Virus record (IMG/VR): IMGVR_UViG_3300027603_000002
Location: 1-25,077 of that record
Source of the DNA: a virus
Taxonomy: Duplodnaviria > Caudoviricetes
Direction: 5' to 3' (one strand)
DNA length: 25,077 nucleotides
A program made the position numbers and the translations under genes. Numbering within the stretch: the stretch's first letter is position 1; each line of letters begins with the position of its first letter. Shown here piece by piece: positions 16,486 through 24,664 of the stretch. A model generated the notes under the pieces. That model made no database searches. It saw only the letters and a list, made by a program, of their open reading frames with translations, and was not told where the DNA came from.

Positions 16486-18839
16486 ATTTCCACTCCGATC
16501 TTTTTGGCCTGGATTTCCGCCACCTTGTACTCGTAAAGGGAATCCAAGGCACAGTATTTCAGCAAAGAAGTTAGGCCGACTTCCCGGATTCGATTAGGGG
16601 TATTGTTGTTTTTGGACTTCAAATAGGGCTTGATATGCCCGTCCCACGAATCCACCCCCAGCAGCACGAACGCCTGGAACTTGATCGACGTAATCAGCGG
16701 CCGATTGTCGATGACATGGGAGGCCAGCATGGTGTCGATAGCCCAGTTCTTCACGCCCCTCCCGAACTCCTTGATCGTCCACCTCTCCTCGAATTTCATG
16801 TTGCTGGCGATCTTCTTCACGTCGGAGAACAGCAGGTTGCCGGTTTCCTTGATCGCCCGACCGTGCCAGGGATAGGCTATTGTTCTTTCTCCGTTAGAAA
16901 TGGAGCAGCAGACTATCTCGGCCTTGTCGCTGTCGGGCTTTAAGGTCATGGTCTCGTAGTCGAAGGCGACGCAAGCGGAGGATTCCCGCATGTCGCTAAT
17001 CTTGTCGGCTGCCTTGTCCGGGTCGATGATTATCTCTATCTTACTTGTCCAGTCGGGAACCACCTTCCAGGGCTTCCCCTCCAGCTTGCAAGCGGCCTTC
17101 AAGTGCTTCTCGAAGAACAATTGGCGAACGTCGTTTTGCTTTTGGGACACCCCGTAGTCGGAGCGGAGGATATAAGCCGGGTGCCACGTTGGGCAATTAT
17201 GGGATACGATACCTTCCGCCAAGTATGAATGGTCATTCTCTACTTCAATATTGAAGACGTAAGAATTTACTACTTTCCTGATCGGGGCACATTTTCTTAC
17301 CAAATACCAGACATAGCCACCATCGATAAAAGCATCCGCTTTCCGCAAATGCTTGATTAAGGGAAAACTAATTTTAAGGAAGGTCGCCAGCTTAGATGCC
17401 CATGATCCTCGGACAGTAAGTTCCCATGCGTCATTAGCGGTCGATACATTCCCCGCTATTTCCACCCGTTTTCCCTTCCTGCTTCTTTTTCTGACCCATG
17501 AAACCACCCCGAGCCGCAGAAGTAATCTACGAACATCTTCGATGAGTTGTCGTGATGAGGATTGCAAACCAAAACCATTGCCTATCTTCCATCCGTCCCC
17601 ATTCCATAAACACCGCAGCATTTCCTTCAGAAGTCCATCAGAACATCCCCATACCCAATTAGGAAACTTCTTGTTTAGTGAAGATGAGCCCGTAGTTCCC
17701 AAAAATGAACCGGCAACAGCTCCATGGCACAAAACTTCCACAGTGTTGCCGCGTGTTCTCAAACTGACTTTGTTGCCAGAGACGAATACCGAATTGAATG
17801 ACGATTTTACTTCTTCGATGAAGTCAACCTCGCTTGTATGAAAAGCAAAAGAGACTCCTGACCGGCCCAAACTACTACCTTCTGCAAGGTAATAGCCAAG
17901 CAACTTCATGGTTTCCAAAGTCGCTCTAACTTCATGCTTCCCTAATGCCTTTTTCCCTTTTCCGTTCTTCCACCTTCCCGGTGGTCTGGTATACCTCCAA
18001 ATAATTTTCCCGTCCGCTATTTTTGTCTGGTTTACTGGTAATGGCTCAACCAAATAGTCTCCGGGGATTATATTCTTTACATTGGTCCATTCAAACCTGC
18101 CACCTTGTTTGCTTACCAACAACGGATGCTCTGGCGTGGCCTCTAGGGGTTCTGAGAAACACGCTCTTTTGACCCCAAACAATCTCCCCGAAAACTTTCG
18201 CTGAAATGTTTCCGTAACAGGTTCCCATGAACCCATATGGGTGAGAGCGAAATCCCCTACAATAACTTCTTCGATAGGAGCTAACCCCCTTTGAGTAGTA
18301 ATTAACGTTCCTGCCGGATGACACACCCAGGCGTTAATCTTCTGGGAGGGAATGGCCCAGCCGTCCCACCTGCTGATCGGCCCCACGTCCTCCTTCCACA
18401 GCCAGCCCAAAAGGCTCTTGACTGCCGACCCGCCCAGGGGGATTATCACGTCCGGCTTTAATTCGGTTATGGTTTTGATTAGGTTGGGTCGGCAATAGTC
18501 GATTTCCTTCGGGGTGGGGGTGCGGTTCTTGTCATCCTTTGTATGGGACCGGCAGATAATGGAATTTGTGATCCAGCAGTCCCGCCGCATGTCCACGTCG
18601 AATTTTGCCAGGGTCCTTTCCAGCAGTTGGCCGGATTCCCCGATAAATTGGATGCCTTGCTCATCTTCGTTAGCTCCGGGTCCTTCGCCACATATCAAGA
18701 TTTTTCTTTTCCCTTTCCCGGATACCGGCATCTTGGGGCTGTCGCAGTGCAAATAAAGCTGGCACGCCCCGCATCTGGGAATGAGGGAGGCGGGGGCCTT
18801 GACATGGGAAAAGTCGGTCTTGGAAAAGAATCCCTTCAT
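16482..18839 (-). CDS. family-4 uracil-DNA glycosylase domain + 3'-5' exonuclease (N-terminal half of a SPO1-type split PolA), intein-containing
   Basis: CxxC...GEGPG..ED..G..F.G.SG and TWHP (UDG4); AFDYET (ExoI), NMKFE (ExoII), YCALD (ExoIII). Confidence 0.9.
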   Translation of the reverse strand: MKGFFSKTDFSHVKAPASLIPRCGACQLYLHCDSPKMPVSGKGKRKILICGEGPGANEDEQGIQFIGESGQLLERTLAKFDVDMRRDCWITNSIICRSHTKDDKNRTPTPKEIDYCRPNLIKTITELKPDVIIPLGGSAVKSLLGWLWKEDVGPISRWDGWAIPSQKINAWVCHPAGTLITTQRGLAPIEEVIVGDFALTHMGSWEPVTETFQRKFSGRLFGVKRACFSEPLEATPEHPLLVSKQGGRFEWTNVKNIIPGDYLVEPLPVNQTKIADGKIIWRYTRPPGRWKNGKGKKALGKHEVRATLETMKLLGYYLAEGSSLGRSGVSFAFHTSEVDFIEEVKSSFNSVFVSGNKVSLRTRGNTVEVLCHGAVAGSFLGTTGSSSLNKKFPNWVWGCSDGLLKEMLRCLWNGDGWKIGNGFGLQSSSRQLIEDVRRLLLRLGVVSWVRKRSRKGKRVEIAGNVSTANDAWELTVRGSWASKLATFLKISFPLIKHLRKADAFIDGGYVWYLVRKCAPIRKVVNSYVFNIEVENDHSYLAEGIVSHNCPTWHPAYILRSDYGVSQKQNDVRQLFFEKHLKAACKLEGKPWKVVPDWTSKIEIIIDPDKAADKISDMRESSACVAFDYETMTLKPDSDKAEIVCCSISNGERTIAYPWHGRAIKETGNLLFSDVKKIASNMKFEERWTIKEFGRGVKNWAIDTMLASHVIDNRPLITSIKFQAFVLLGVDSWDGHIKPYLKSKNNNTPNRIREVGLTSLLKYCALDSLYEYKVAEIQAKKIGVEI
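17196..18323 (-). mobile_element. 376-aa intein with LAGLIDADG endonuclease
   Basis: Begins CHPAGTLITT; block B ATPEHP; LLGYYLAEG and LWNGDG; ends EGIVSHN followed by Cys +1. Visibly AT-richer than the exteins. Confidence 0.93.
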
Positions 18840-19030
18840 TGGACCTTGATCGCTATCGACAGGAAAAGGATGAACGCCAGAATCCCCACGCAGCCGAAAA
18901 TCAGGAATAACAGGCCCAAGACAGGATAGCCAAGGTTGTGGATATGGGCGGCCGTCATGCCCACCACGGGGCCAGAGGTCAGGCTGAAAACGGTCACTAT
19001 GAAGAGCTTTTGCCAGAAGGACATGTTCAT
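18836..19030 (-). CDS. small two-helix membrane protein
   Basis: ATG 19030, with ATGA overlaps at both ends; two hydrophobic segments. Confidence 0.65.
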   Translation of the reverse strand: MNMSFWQKLFIVTVFSLTSGPVVGMTAAHIHNLGYPVLGLLFLIFGCVGILAFILFLSIAIKVQ

Positions 19031-19266
19031 GTTTCCACCGCCTTCTCGGGCAGGGGCTTCCCCAGGATGGCGTCTACCCAGATGTCCTCTTTCTTCCTGT
19101 TGCTGCACTCCCGATAGCAAATCATGCACATTTCGTAGGCATTGTTCCAGTCCCAGGGCTTAGCCCTTTTCTTGGCTTCCAGCCACTTCTGGCATTCCTC
19201 CGCCAGCCTTTCGTCATTCTGTGATTGCAATTCCTTGGCGAATGTTTCCTGGATGCTCATCCTCAT
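19027..19266 (-). CDS. hypothetical protein
   Basis: 79 aa; RBS GGGAGGG. Confidence 0.7.
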   Translation of the reverse strand: MRMSIQETFAKELQSQNDERLAEECQKWLEAKKRAKPWDWNNAYEMCMICYRECSNRKKEDIWVDAILGKPLPEKAVET

Positions 19267-19282
19267 ATTTTCCCTCCCTTGA

Positions 19283-19408
19283 TTATCCGCAGAATATTTT
19301 CCACAAAAAGCAAACCGCCCACCAGAATCCGGCTAGGGCAGCCAGGCCCGCAACCTCCACCAGGCAGGAGCCCATCTCCCGGTAGATCCTTTCCCTGTCG
19401 TCGTTCAT
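19283..19408 (-). CDS. 41-aa membrane peptide
   Basis: Manual translation MNDDRERIYREMGSCLVEVAGLAALAGFWWAVCFLWKIFCG; fills the gap between neighbouring genes. Confidence 0.5.
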   Translation of the reverse strand: MNDDRERIYREMGSCLVEVAGLAALAGFWWAVCFLWKIFCG

Positions 19409-19413
19409 TTGCC

Positions 19414-19635
19414 CTACCCTATGGAGGCATTTTTCTCGACCCACAGACGCAGGCAGCCCGTCCCGCAGAAGTAGCGGGTCTGCCCCAAACAGGGGCGGAT
19501 GTGCAGAAGTGTATTCATTTTCCCCCTAGAGGGAATCGGTTCGTCCGCCAGCACGATTCGCCAGTCAACGGCATTGCCGGTGCTGGAAAGGTCCTTGTCG
19601 CACCAGTCGCAGGCCACTTTTTCTTCCCTTGGCAT
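19414..19635 (-). CDS. small zinc-binding hypothetical protein
   Basis: CDWC...FCGTGCL; ATG 19635 with RBS GGGGGAG. Confidence 0.65.
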   Translation of the reverse strand: MPREEKVACDWCDKDLSSTGNAVDWRIVLADEPIPSRGKMNTLLHIRPCLGQTRYFCGTGCLRLWVEKNASIG

Positions 19636-19646
19636 TGCTCCCCCTT

Positions 19647-19958
19647 TCACGCCTGGTTGAATTCCGCCGTGGCTTTGAGGCACTTCGGGCATAGGTAAAC
19701 GGCGATAGCACAGCAGTCGTGGGGCCACAGTCCCTTCGTCCCCATCGAAAGCCGCAAGTCAGTGACATAGCGGGGATCGGCCTTCATCTGCTCCTCGCTT
19801 CTGCCGACGCTCGCTCCCCCCTCTTCCATCATCACGAAAGCGATATAGGCGGGATGGTCGACGCAATGGACACAGGAAACCTCTTCCGGGAATTCCCATT
19901 GGAAAGTCTTGTCCAATCCTTCCTTACCCAGATAGGTTTTGGCGGCATGGGTGCTCAT
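19647..19958 (-). CDS. hypothetical zinc-ribbon protein
   Basis: CVHC...YLCPKC; TAATG overlap with the clamp gene. Confidence 0.7.
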   Translation of the reverse strand: MSTHAAKTYLGKEGLDKTFQWEFPEEVSCVHCVDHPAYIAFVMMEEGGASVGRSEEQMKADPRYVTDLRLSMGTKGLWPHDCCAIAVYLCPKCLKATAEFNQA

Positions 19959-21106
19959 TATTCGTCCTCCTTTGCCGCCGCCTTTTTCTTTTTGTGAATT
20001 ACACTATCCCCATTGGAATCCTCTACTTTCCTCTTCTTCTTGGAGCTTTCCTCTTCCGGCTCCCCGTCGTCGGCCGCCTTGTCGCTCGGGGGAGTGAGGC
20101 ACGCCACGTACACGAATTTCCCGGTGTCGCATTTCAGCTTCTCCGCGTTGATCACGCACTCGTTGTGCTTTTTGATCAGGTCGATAAGCATCTGCGGGGC
20201 CACGTTGAACTTCAATCGGGGGCCGGAATAGGTTATCTTCTTGGGCTCCGTGTACCAGCCGGAAACCCCCTCCCCCTTGATCCTTAGCTTGCCGTCGGCC
20301 AGGGTCACCTCCACCGTGTTGTTGTCCACGTTTTCGCTGCTGAATATGTTCGCCTTGTCGGCGGCTTCCCCCAGGCCCTTGGGCAGGATGATGGTCTCCC
20401 CCTCCACCTCCAGGAATTTCGACAGGCTGGGGAAGTCCTCCAGGTAGCGGCGGCAGGACAGGTGCAGGCCGGAGCCGGAGCGGAAGTGCAGCCAGGAAGG
20501 GGTCTCCGCGAATTCCGACATTCCCAGGGAAACGATATGCTTGATCGCCGACTGGCGGACCAAAGCGGCCTCCGCGATCCCCGTCCGCAATCGCCAGCGG
20601 CATATCTGGTAGTTGTCGGTGCATTCGACCCACTTGGGATGGAGGTTGACGCAAGTCAAGGCGAACTGGGATTCGTCGCTCCCGGCGCACTGCTGCACGA
20701 TTCCCACCGCTTCGGCAAAGTCCTCGTGGAGGGGCTTCCAGCTGCCCTCCTCCGGCTTCTCCACAGTGTCCACGGGCAGGGAGATGTCCGCCTCCATGCG
20801 GATGCCCGCTTTCCTCCCGCCCTTGCCCCTTACTACTAAATGGGAATCCTCGGACAGCTCCAGGATGATTTCCTTTTCGACTAATTTATGGAGCAGGTCG
20901 GTGAACTTCTGGGCCTGGATCGCTCCCTCCAATTCCTTGCCCAGGCCGGATTCCGCCCGGCAAGTCGTCTCGTCGTTGAAGGTCAATACCTCCCCGGCCC
21001 GGAACACGAAGCAGCTTGACTGCTCGATTACCTCCCGTGGGGACAGGCCGGCCTGGACGCTCTCTAAGGTATGCAAAAAAGTTTCCCTATCGACTCTGGC
21101 TTCCAT
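19958..21106 (-). CDS. dnaN: DnaN-like sliding clamp
   Basis: RETFLHTLESVQ and AGSDESQFALTCVNL...ECTDNYQI resemble beta-clamp segments (ASxDExRxxLTGV...ATDGHRL); about 380 aa; a clamp loader is in the window. Confidence 0.75.
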   Translation of the reverse strand: MEARVDRETFLHTLESVQAGLSPREVIEQSSCFVFRAGEVLTFNDETTCRAESGLGKELEGAIQAQKFTDLLHKLVEKEIILELSEDSHLVVRGKGGRKAGIRMEADISLPVDTVEKPEEGSWKPLHEDFAEAVGIVQQCAGSDESQFALTCVNLHPKWVECTDNYQICRWRLRTGIAEAALVRQSAIKHIVSLGMSEFAETPSWLHFRSGSGLHLSCRRYLEDFPSLSKFLEVEGETIILPKGLGEAADKANIFSSENVDNNTVEVTLADGKLRIKGEGVSGWYTEPKKITYSGPRLKFNVAPQMLIDLIKKHNECVINAEKLKCDTGKFVYVACLTPPSDKAADDGEPEEESSKKKRKVEDSNGDSVIHKKKKAAAKEDE

Positions 21107-21146
21107 TGTTCTTTTTCCTCCCTTGTTTTCATAGAACTCGAATTTA

Positions 21147-22307
21147 CTATTGGTGCGGATCAGCCACAACAGTATCGGACAGCCCCATGACATTGAGCAT
21201 CCGCAACCAAGAGGAATCAAACCGCTCATGTATCCACGCCCGCAATTGAATCGCTTTCTCGTTCCACAAGTCATCCTGGTCCAAAACCCCAATGACCTTT
21301 TTGGCGGCGTCCTTCACGTCTAGTCTCTCGTACATGAATCCCGGTCGATGCAAAAAAGTCTCTGGGAAAGATCGAAAATAGGGATAGATGGGATAACAAC
21401 CGGCTACCGAAGATTCCAGCAAAGTAAACGCCACGAAGTCTTGATCGGCTGTGTTCATCTGTATTTTCGATTGGCAAAGTTCGGCATAGTATTCCTCCTT
21501 CGTCAGATTCTGCTTCACTACGATCCGACCCGAATACCTGTCAACTGCTTTCCACAACAAACCCAACAATTTCGGGTCATTGCTGCGGATTGTCGGGGAG
21601 GAGGTGCAGACCACGAACTTGGCTTGGGGACGTTCGGCAAGAACTTTCTCGGCCACTTTCAAAAAGAACCACGGATTCTTTTCCCGGTCCCAGCGGGAGG
21701 AATAAACCACTTGATCCAGCCGGAGGGTTTTTCCTTTGGGCATCCTCTCCCGGACTTCCTCGCTGTCAAATATAAGCCCCGTGACGTGCACCTTTTCCCT
21801 TGAGGCGATGCCGCCAAACACAACCAGGTCTTGCAAGCAAGGACCACAGACAAAGATCCCGTCCAGGAACTCACCAATCCCCTTTTCAAAGTGACGCATC
21901 CAGCTCCGCATGGAATAGGTGAAGTCGAACTCGTCAACCGACTGGGCGTAGAGAAAGGCATACACTTTCGGCTTTATGTTCAGCAAGGAAAAAGCATAGG
22001 GTAGGACTTCGATCCCTGGCGTCCAGAAATCATCGAAATAGATAATGTCATCACTGGTTAATTCTCCGGCTTCTGCCAGCCGCAGCAACTCCTCAACTTG
22101 GGAGAAGCAAAACAAGGAGCGGCCGACGGCATCCAATACGCAGCCGATCCTGATCGTCCTGGGAACAGCAGACCGAGCCCCTTCCACCCGGTGGTAGGGG
22201 ATTCCCGCCTTGATCCAGTTTCGCTCCAGCCACCCGGTTTTGGGGGCTGACAATTGCATAGTGTACCGCTCTCGGTATGATTCCAGTGGGACATAGAAGA
22301 GAGTCAT
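21147..22307 (-). CDS. GT-B fold (GT4-like) glycosyltransferase
   Basis: YSSRWDREKNP and QDFVAFTLLES..AGC.P (D-x7-E variant of the EX7E motif), RSFPE. Confidence 0.85.
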   Translation of the reverse strand: MTLFYVPLESYRERYTMQLSAPKTGWLERNWIKAGIPYHRVEGARSAVPRTIRIGCVLDAVGRSLFCFSQVEELLRLAEAGELTSDDIIYFDDFWTPGIEVLPYAFSLLNIKPKVYAFLYAQSVDEFDFTYSMRSWMRHFEKGIGEFLDGIFVCGPCLQDLVVFGGIASREKVHVTGLIFDSEEVRERMPKGKTLRLDQVVYSSRWDREKNPWFFLKVAEKVLAERPQAKFVVCTSSPTIRSNDPKLLGLLWKAVDRYSGRIVVKQNLTKEEYYAELCQSKIQMNTADQDFVAFTLLESSVAGCYPIYPYFRSFPETFLHRPGFMYERLDVKDAAKKVIGVLDQDDLWNEKAIQLRAWIHERFDSSWLRMLNVMGLSDTVVADPHQ

Positions 22308-22311
22308 CGGA

Positions 22312-22647
22312 TTAATCCCTTTTGGGTTGTACGGACACCAAAGCCCCGTTTTCCCCGTCCTCGCTCACCTCCACGAACTCCGCCCCGAATTTTTGCAATA
22401 GGTCTTCGGCAATCATTTCGCAAGACGCTTCAAACTGTTGGTCGGCGTAAGAGGCACTCAGATAGGCGTCCACTTTTTTCTTGAGCTGAAAGAACTCGAC
22501 CTGGCGATTGTTGTGGGAAACCTGCACCCCTACTTTGACATGAAACAAATGCCTATGCCATTGGGTCAGAAAACCCACGTCAACAGGAGCGTCCTTCCAA
22601 CGATGGAAGCCAATAAATTTAGTCGAAACCCAAACAATCGTGGTCAC
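22312..22647 (-). CDS. dpdL: DpdL-like T-fold protein (QueD paralog, putative CDG decarboxylase)
   Basis: LTQWHRHLF matches the LxxxHRHxF signature I recall for DpdL; also SCEMIA and EVSEDGENG; lies directly after folE. Confidence 0.7.
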   Translation of the reverse strand: MTTIVWVSTKFIGFHRWKDAPVDVGFLTQWHRHLFHVKVGVQVSHNNRQVEFFQLKKKVDAYLSASYADQQFEASCEMIAEDLLQKFGAEFVEVSEDGENGALVSVQPKRD

Positions 22648-22650
22648 TGG

Positions 22651-23226
22651 TTACTTCCCAATAAATTGGAGGAACTCGGATCTTGTTGTGGGGTCGTCCC
22701 GGAAAGCCCCGACCAGGGACGACGTAATCATTACCGATTGCTGCTTTCGCACTCCCCGGCAAGACATGCAGCTATGGGCGGCCTCGATCACGCATCCCGC
22801 CCCCTTTGGATTCAAATGCTCCATCAATGCCCCGGTCACCTGGGTTGTTAATCGTTCTTGAACTTGGAGCCTCTTGGCGAAAACGTCGATCAGGCGGGCT
22901 AGTTTCGACAAGCCAATAATCTTGCCGTCGGGCAGATAGCCAATGTGGGCCACTCCCAAGAATGGCAGCATGTGATGCTCGCAAAACGATACGACTTCAA
23001 TACCCCGCAGAATGACCATCTCGTCGCAAGCCCCGTCCTCAAAGGTCTTGAAGACATCGGTCGGGTTCTGGTGGTAGCCGGCAAACAGCTCAGCGTAGCT
23101 GTTGCAAATCCGGTTGGGGGTCTCCTTCAATCCCTCTCTATCCGGATCTTCTCCGATGTATTTGAGAATCAACCTCAGTGCATCGTGAATCATCGGAACG
23201 GGAGTGCCTTGTCCGGGGTCTTTCAT
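22651..23226 (-). CDS. folE: GTP cyclohydrolase I
   Basis: REGLKETP, CEHH, GLSKLAR, RLQVQERLT and HSCM..RG motifs. Confidence 0.97.
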   Translation of the reverse strand: MKDPGQGTPVPMIHDALRLILKYIGEDPDREGLKETPNRICNSYAELFAGYHQNPTDVFKTFEDGACDEMVILRGIEVVSFCEHHMLPFLGVAHIGYLPDGKIIGLSKLARLIDVFAKRLQVQERLTTQVTGALMEHLNPKGAGCVIEAAHSCMSCRGVRKQQSVMITSSLVGAFRDDPTTRSEFLQFIGK

Positions 23227-23261
23227 ATTGGCCCTTCCTCCTGGATTGCCTGCTCCCTTTC

Positions 23262-23271
23262 ATTATCGGAA
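23262..23271 (-). promoter_or_regulatory. TTCCGATAAT motif, copy 4
   Basis: Exact 10-mer in the queE-folE intergenic region. Confidence 0.7.
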
Positions 23272-23283
23272 TAATCAAAAAGA

Positions 23284-23988
23284 TTATTCTAACCCGATGG
23301 ATTTATGTGTCTGTATGCTGAGGCGATAGCCGAATTTCATACAGGAAGAAATGGCTGCTTGGAGGTGGGCTTGGTTCTTTTCGGGGTCTTGCTCATCCAG
23401 GGGCTGGACGAAAACCATATTTGTAAGGAAGCCAACAGGGGGACGGGCCGGGGGGTAAGGCATTCCCAAAGCAGACGTGGGAAGGCCATCGATGGGATCT
23501 ACGGCGCCTGCCGCCAAAACGAATTTATAGGCATCGACACCCAGCGCCAATGACCTGTTAATCGTCGGGGTTTTGGGACTACAGACAAGGGAGAAGTTCC
23601 TTTGGCCATAAGGAAGTCCTTCAACAAATAGCGTTCCATTGGTTTCGATCTGGACATGGTTTCCTTGCTGGATTGTTTCCCAGGCAAACTTGCTAACATC
23701 CTGGCGAAAGGGTTCTCCCCCAGTTAGAACCACCAAATTAATATTATCGCCGGCTTTTTCTTGGTTGATCTTTTGGATGATTTCTCCCACGGGCATTAAC
23801 TGTCTATGACTGGTATAATCACTGTCGCAAAAATTACAGGCCAAATCGCAACCGGCCAAGCGAACGAAGATCGCCGGGGTTCCCGCCAGCGGACCCTCGC
23901 CCTGAATTGTGCGAAAAATCTTAAAGACCTCTAGGGAGCCGTCTTCCCTGGAAACCTTTTTCTCGACCGGCTGAAGATTAAGGTGCAT
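23284..23988 (-). CDS. queE: 7-carboxy-7-deazaguanine synthase (radical SAM)
   Basis: TIQGEG, FVRLAGCDLACNFCD, TGGEP, IETNG, SPK and LSIQTHK motifs. Confidence 0.96.
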   Translation of the reverse strand: MHLNLQPVEKKVSREDGSLEVFKIFRTIQGEGPLAGTPAIFVRLAGCDLACNFCDSDYTSHRQLMPVGEIIQKINQEKAGDNINLVVLTGGEPFRQDVSKFAWETIQQGNHVQIETNGTLFVEGLPYGQRNFSLVCSPKTPTINRSLALGVDAYKFVLAAGAVDPIDGLPTSALGMPYPPARPPVGFLTNMVFVQPLDEQDPEKNQAHLQAAISSCMKFGYRLSIQTHKSIGLE

Positions 23989-24166
23989 TGTTGGCTCCTT
24001 CCTGCTGCTGCAATTTTCTCCAGACCTCTTCCCGATGGATTTGCACGTCCTGCGGAGCTTCGATGCCCAGCCGGACCCGGCCGCTTGGATCGATTTCCAG
24101 GACGGTTATTATGATGTCCCGGTTGATCCGGATGACCTCGCCCGCTCTTCTACTCAATACCAGCAT
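23978..24166 (-). CDS. csrA: CsrA/RsmA-family RNA-binding translational regulator
   Basis: MLVLSRRAGEVIRI...VRLGIEAP.DV.IHREE; RBS GGAGGAG before ATG 24166. Confidence 0.93.
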   Translation of the reverse strand: MLVLSRRAGEVIRINRDIIITVLEIDPSGRVRLGIEAPQDVQIHREEVWRKLQQQEGANNAP

Positions 24167-24590
24167 GATTTTCTCCTCCATAATAATCCGCCCAGCAGGA
24201 CGGGGTTTCATAGATCCGCACCCGAACTATCTCCAATCCAATGGGCAAAAGATAAACAGCCTGAGTGAACAGGACTTCAGCAATGTTCTCAGCCGTGGGG
24301 TTGCCGTCTGGCATGATGAATGGCTTCCGCTCCTCTGTTTTCATGAAGTGGGATAGCTGGGAGTCCTCCCGGTTTAGCAGGAGGTTGTGGTCCCAGTTGT
24401 CGTCGATCCACTTCCCCACCCTTGCCTTGATTACGCCGAAATCAACGATCATGCCCAGGGCATTTAACTCCGGGGACCGGACGGTGATTTCTGCGGAGTA
24501 CCGATGCCCGTGAATATGGCGACAGCGGCCCGCGTATCCTAAAACTCGATGGCCGGAGTCCCACTCCAAACGTCTGGTGATTGTGGTCAT
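24150..24590 (-). CDS. queD: 6-carboxy-5,6,7,8-tetrahydropterin synthase
   Basis: HR...CRHIHGHRY, DFG, DH, PTAENIA and ETP motifs. Confidence 0.95.
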   Translation of the reverse strand: MTTITRRLEWDSGHRVLGYAGRCRHIHGHRYSAEITVRSPELNALGMIVDFGVIKARVGKWIDDNWDHNLLLNREDSQLSHFMKTEERKPFIMPDGNPTAENIAEVLFTQAVYLLPIGLEIVRVRIYETPSCWADYYGGENHAGIE

Positions 24591-24641
24591 TGCTAGTCTC
24601 TAAAAAGGAATCAGGGGACAGAAGATAACCTCCTACCCCTG

Positions 24642-24651
24642 ATTATCGGAA
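24642..24651 (-). promoter_or_regulatory. TTCCGATAAT motif, copy 5
   Basis: Exact 10-mer in the vsr-queD intergenic region. Confidence 0.7.
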
Positions 24652-24664
24652 CGATGAAACGGAT

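Noticed and set aside
8010-21292. Long N-terminal extensions in the ORF track for dpdA, helicase, polA, thyX and the clamp
   Set aside because: The extensions overlap upstream genes; downstream starts with an RBS or stop-start overlap fit better.
21147-24590. Host-type queuosine tRNA or folate operon
   Set aside because: No queC, queF, queA, canonical tgt or folate genes in the window. The phage context plus DpdA/DpdL-like genes favours DNA modification, although queC elsewhere in the genome is not excluded.
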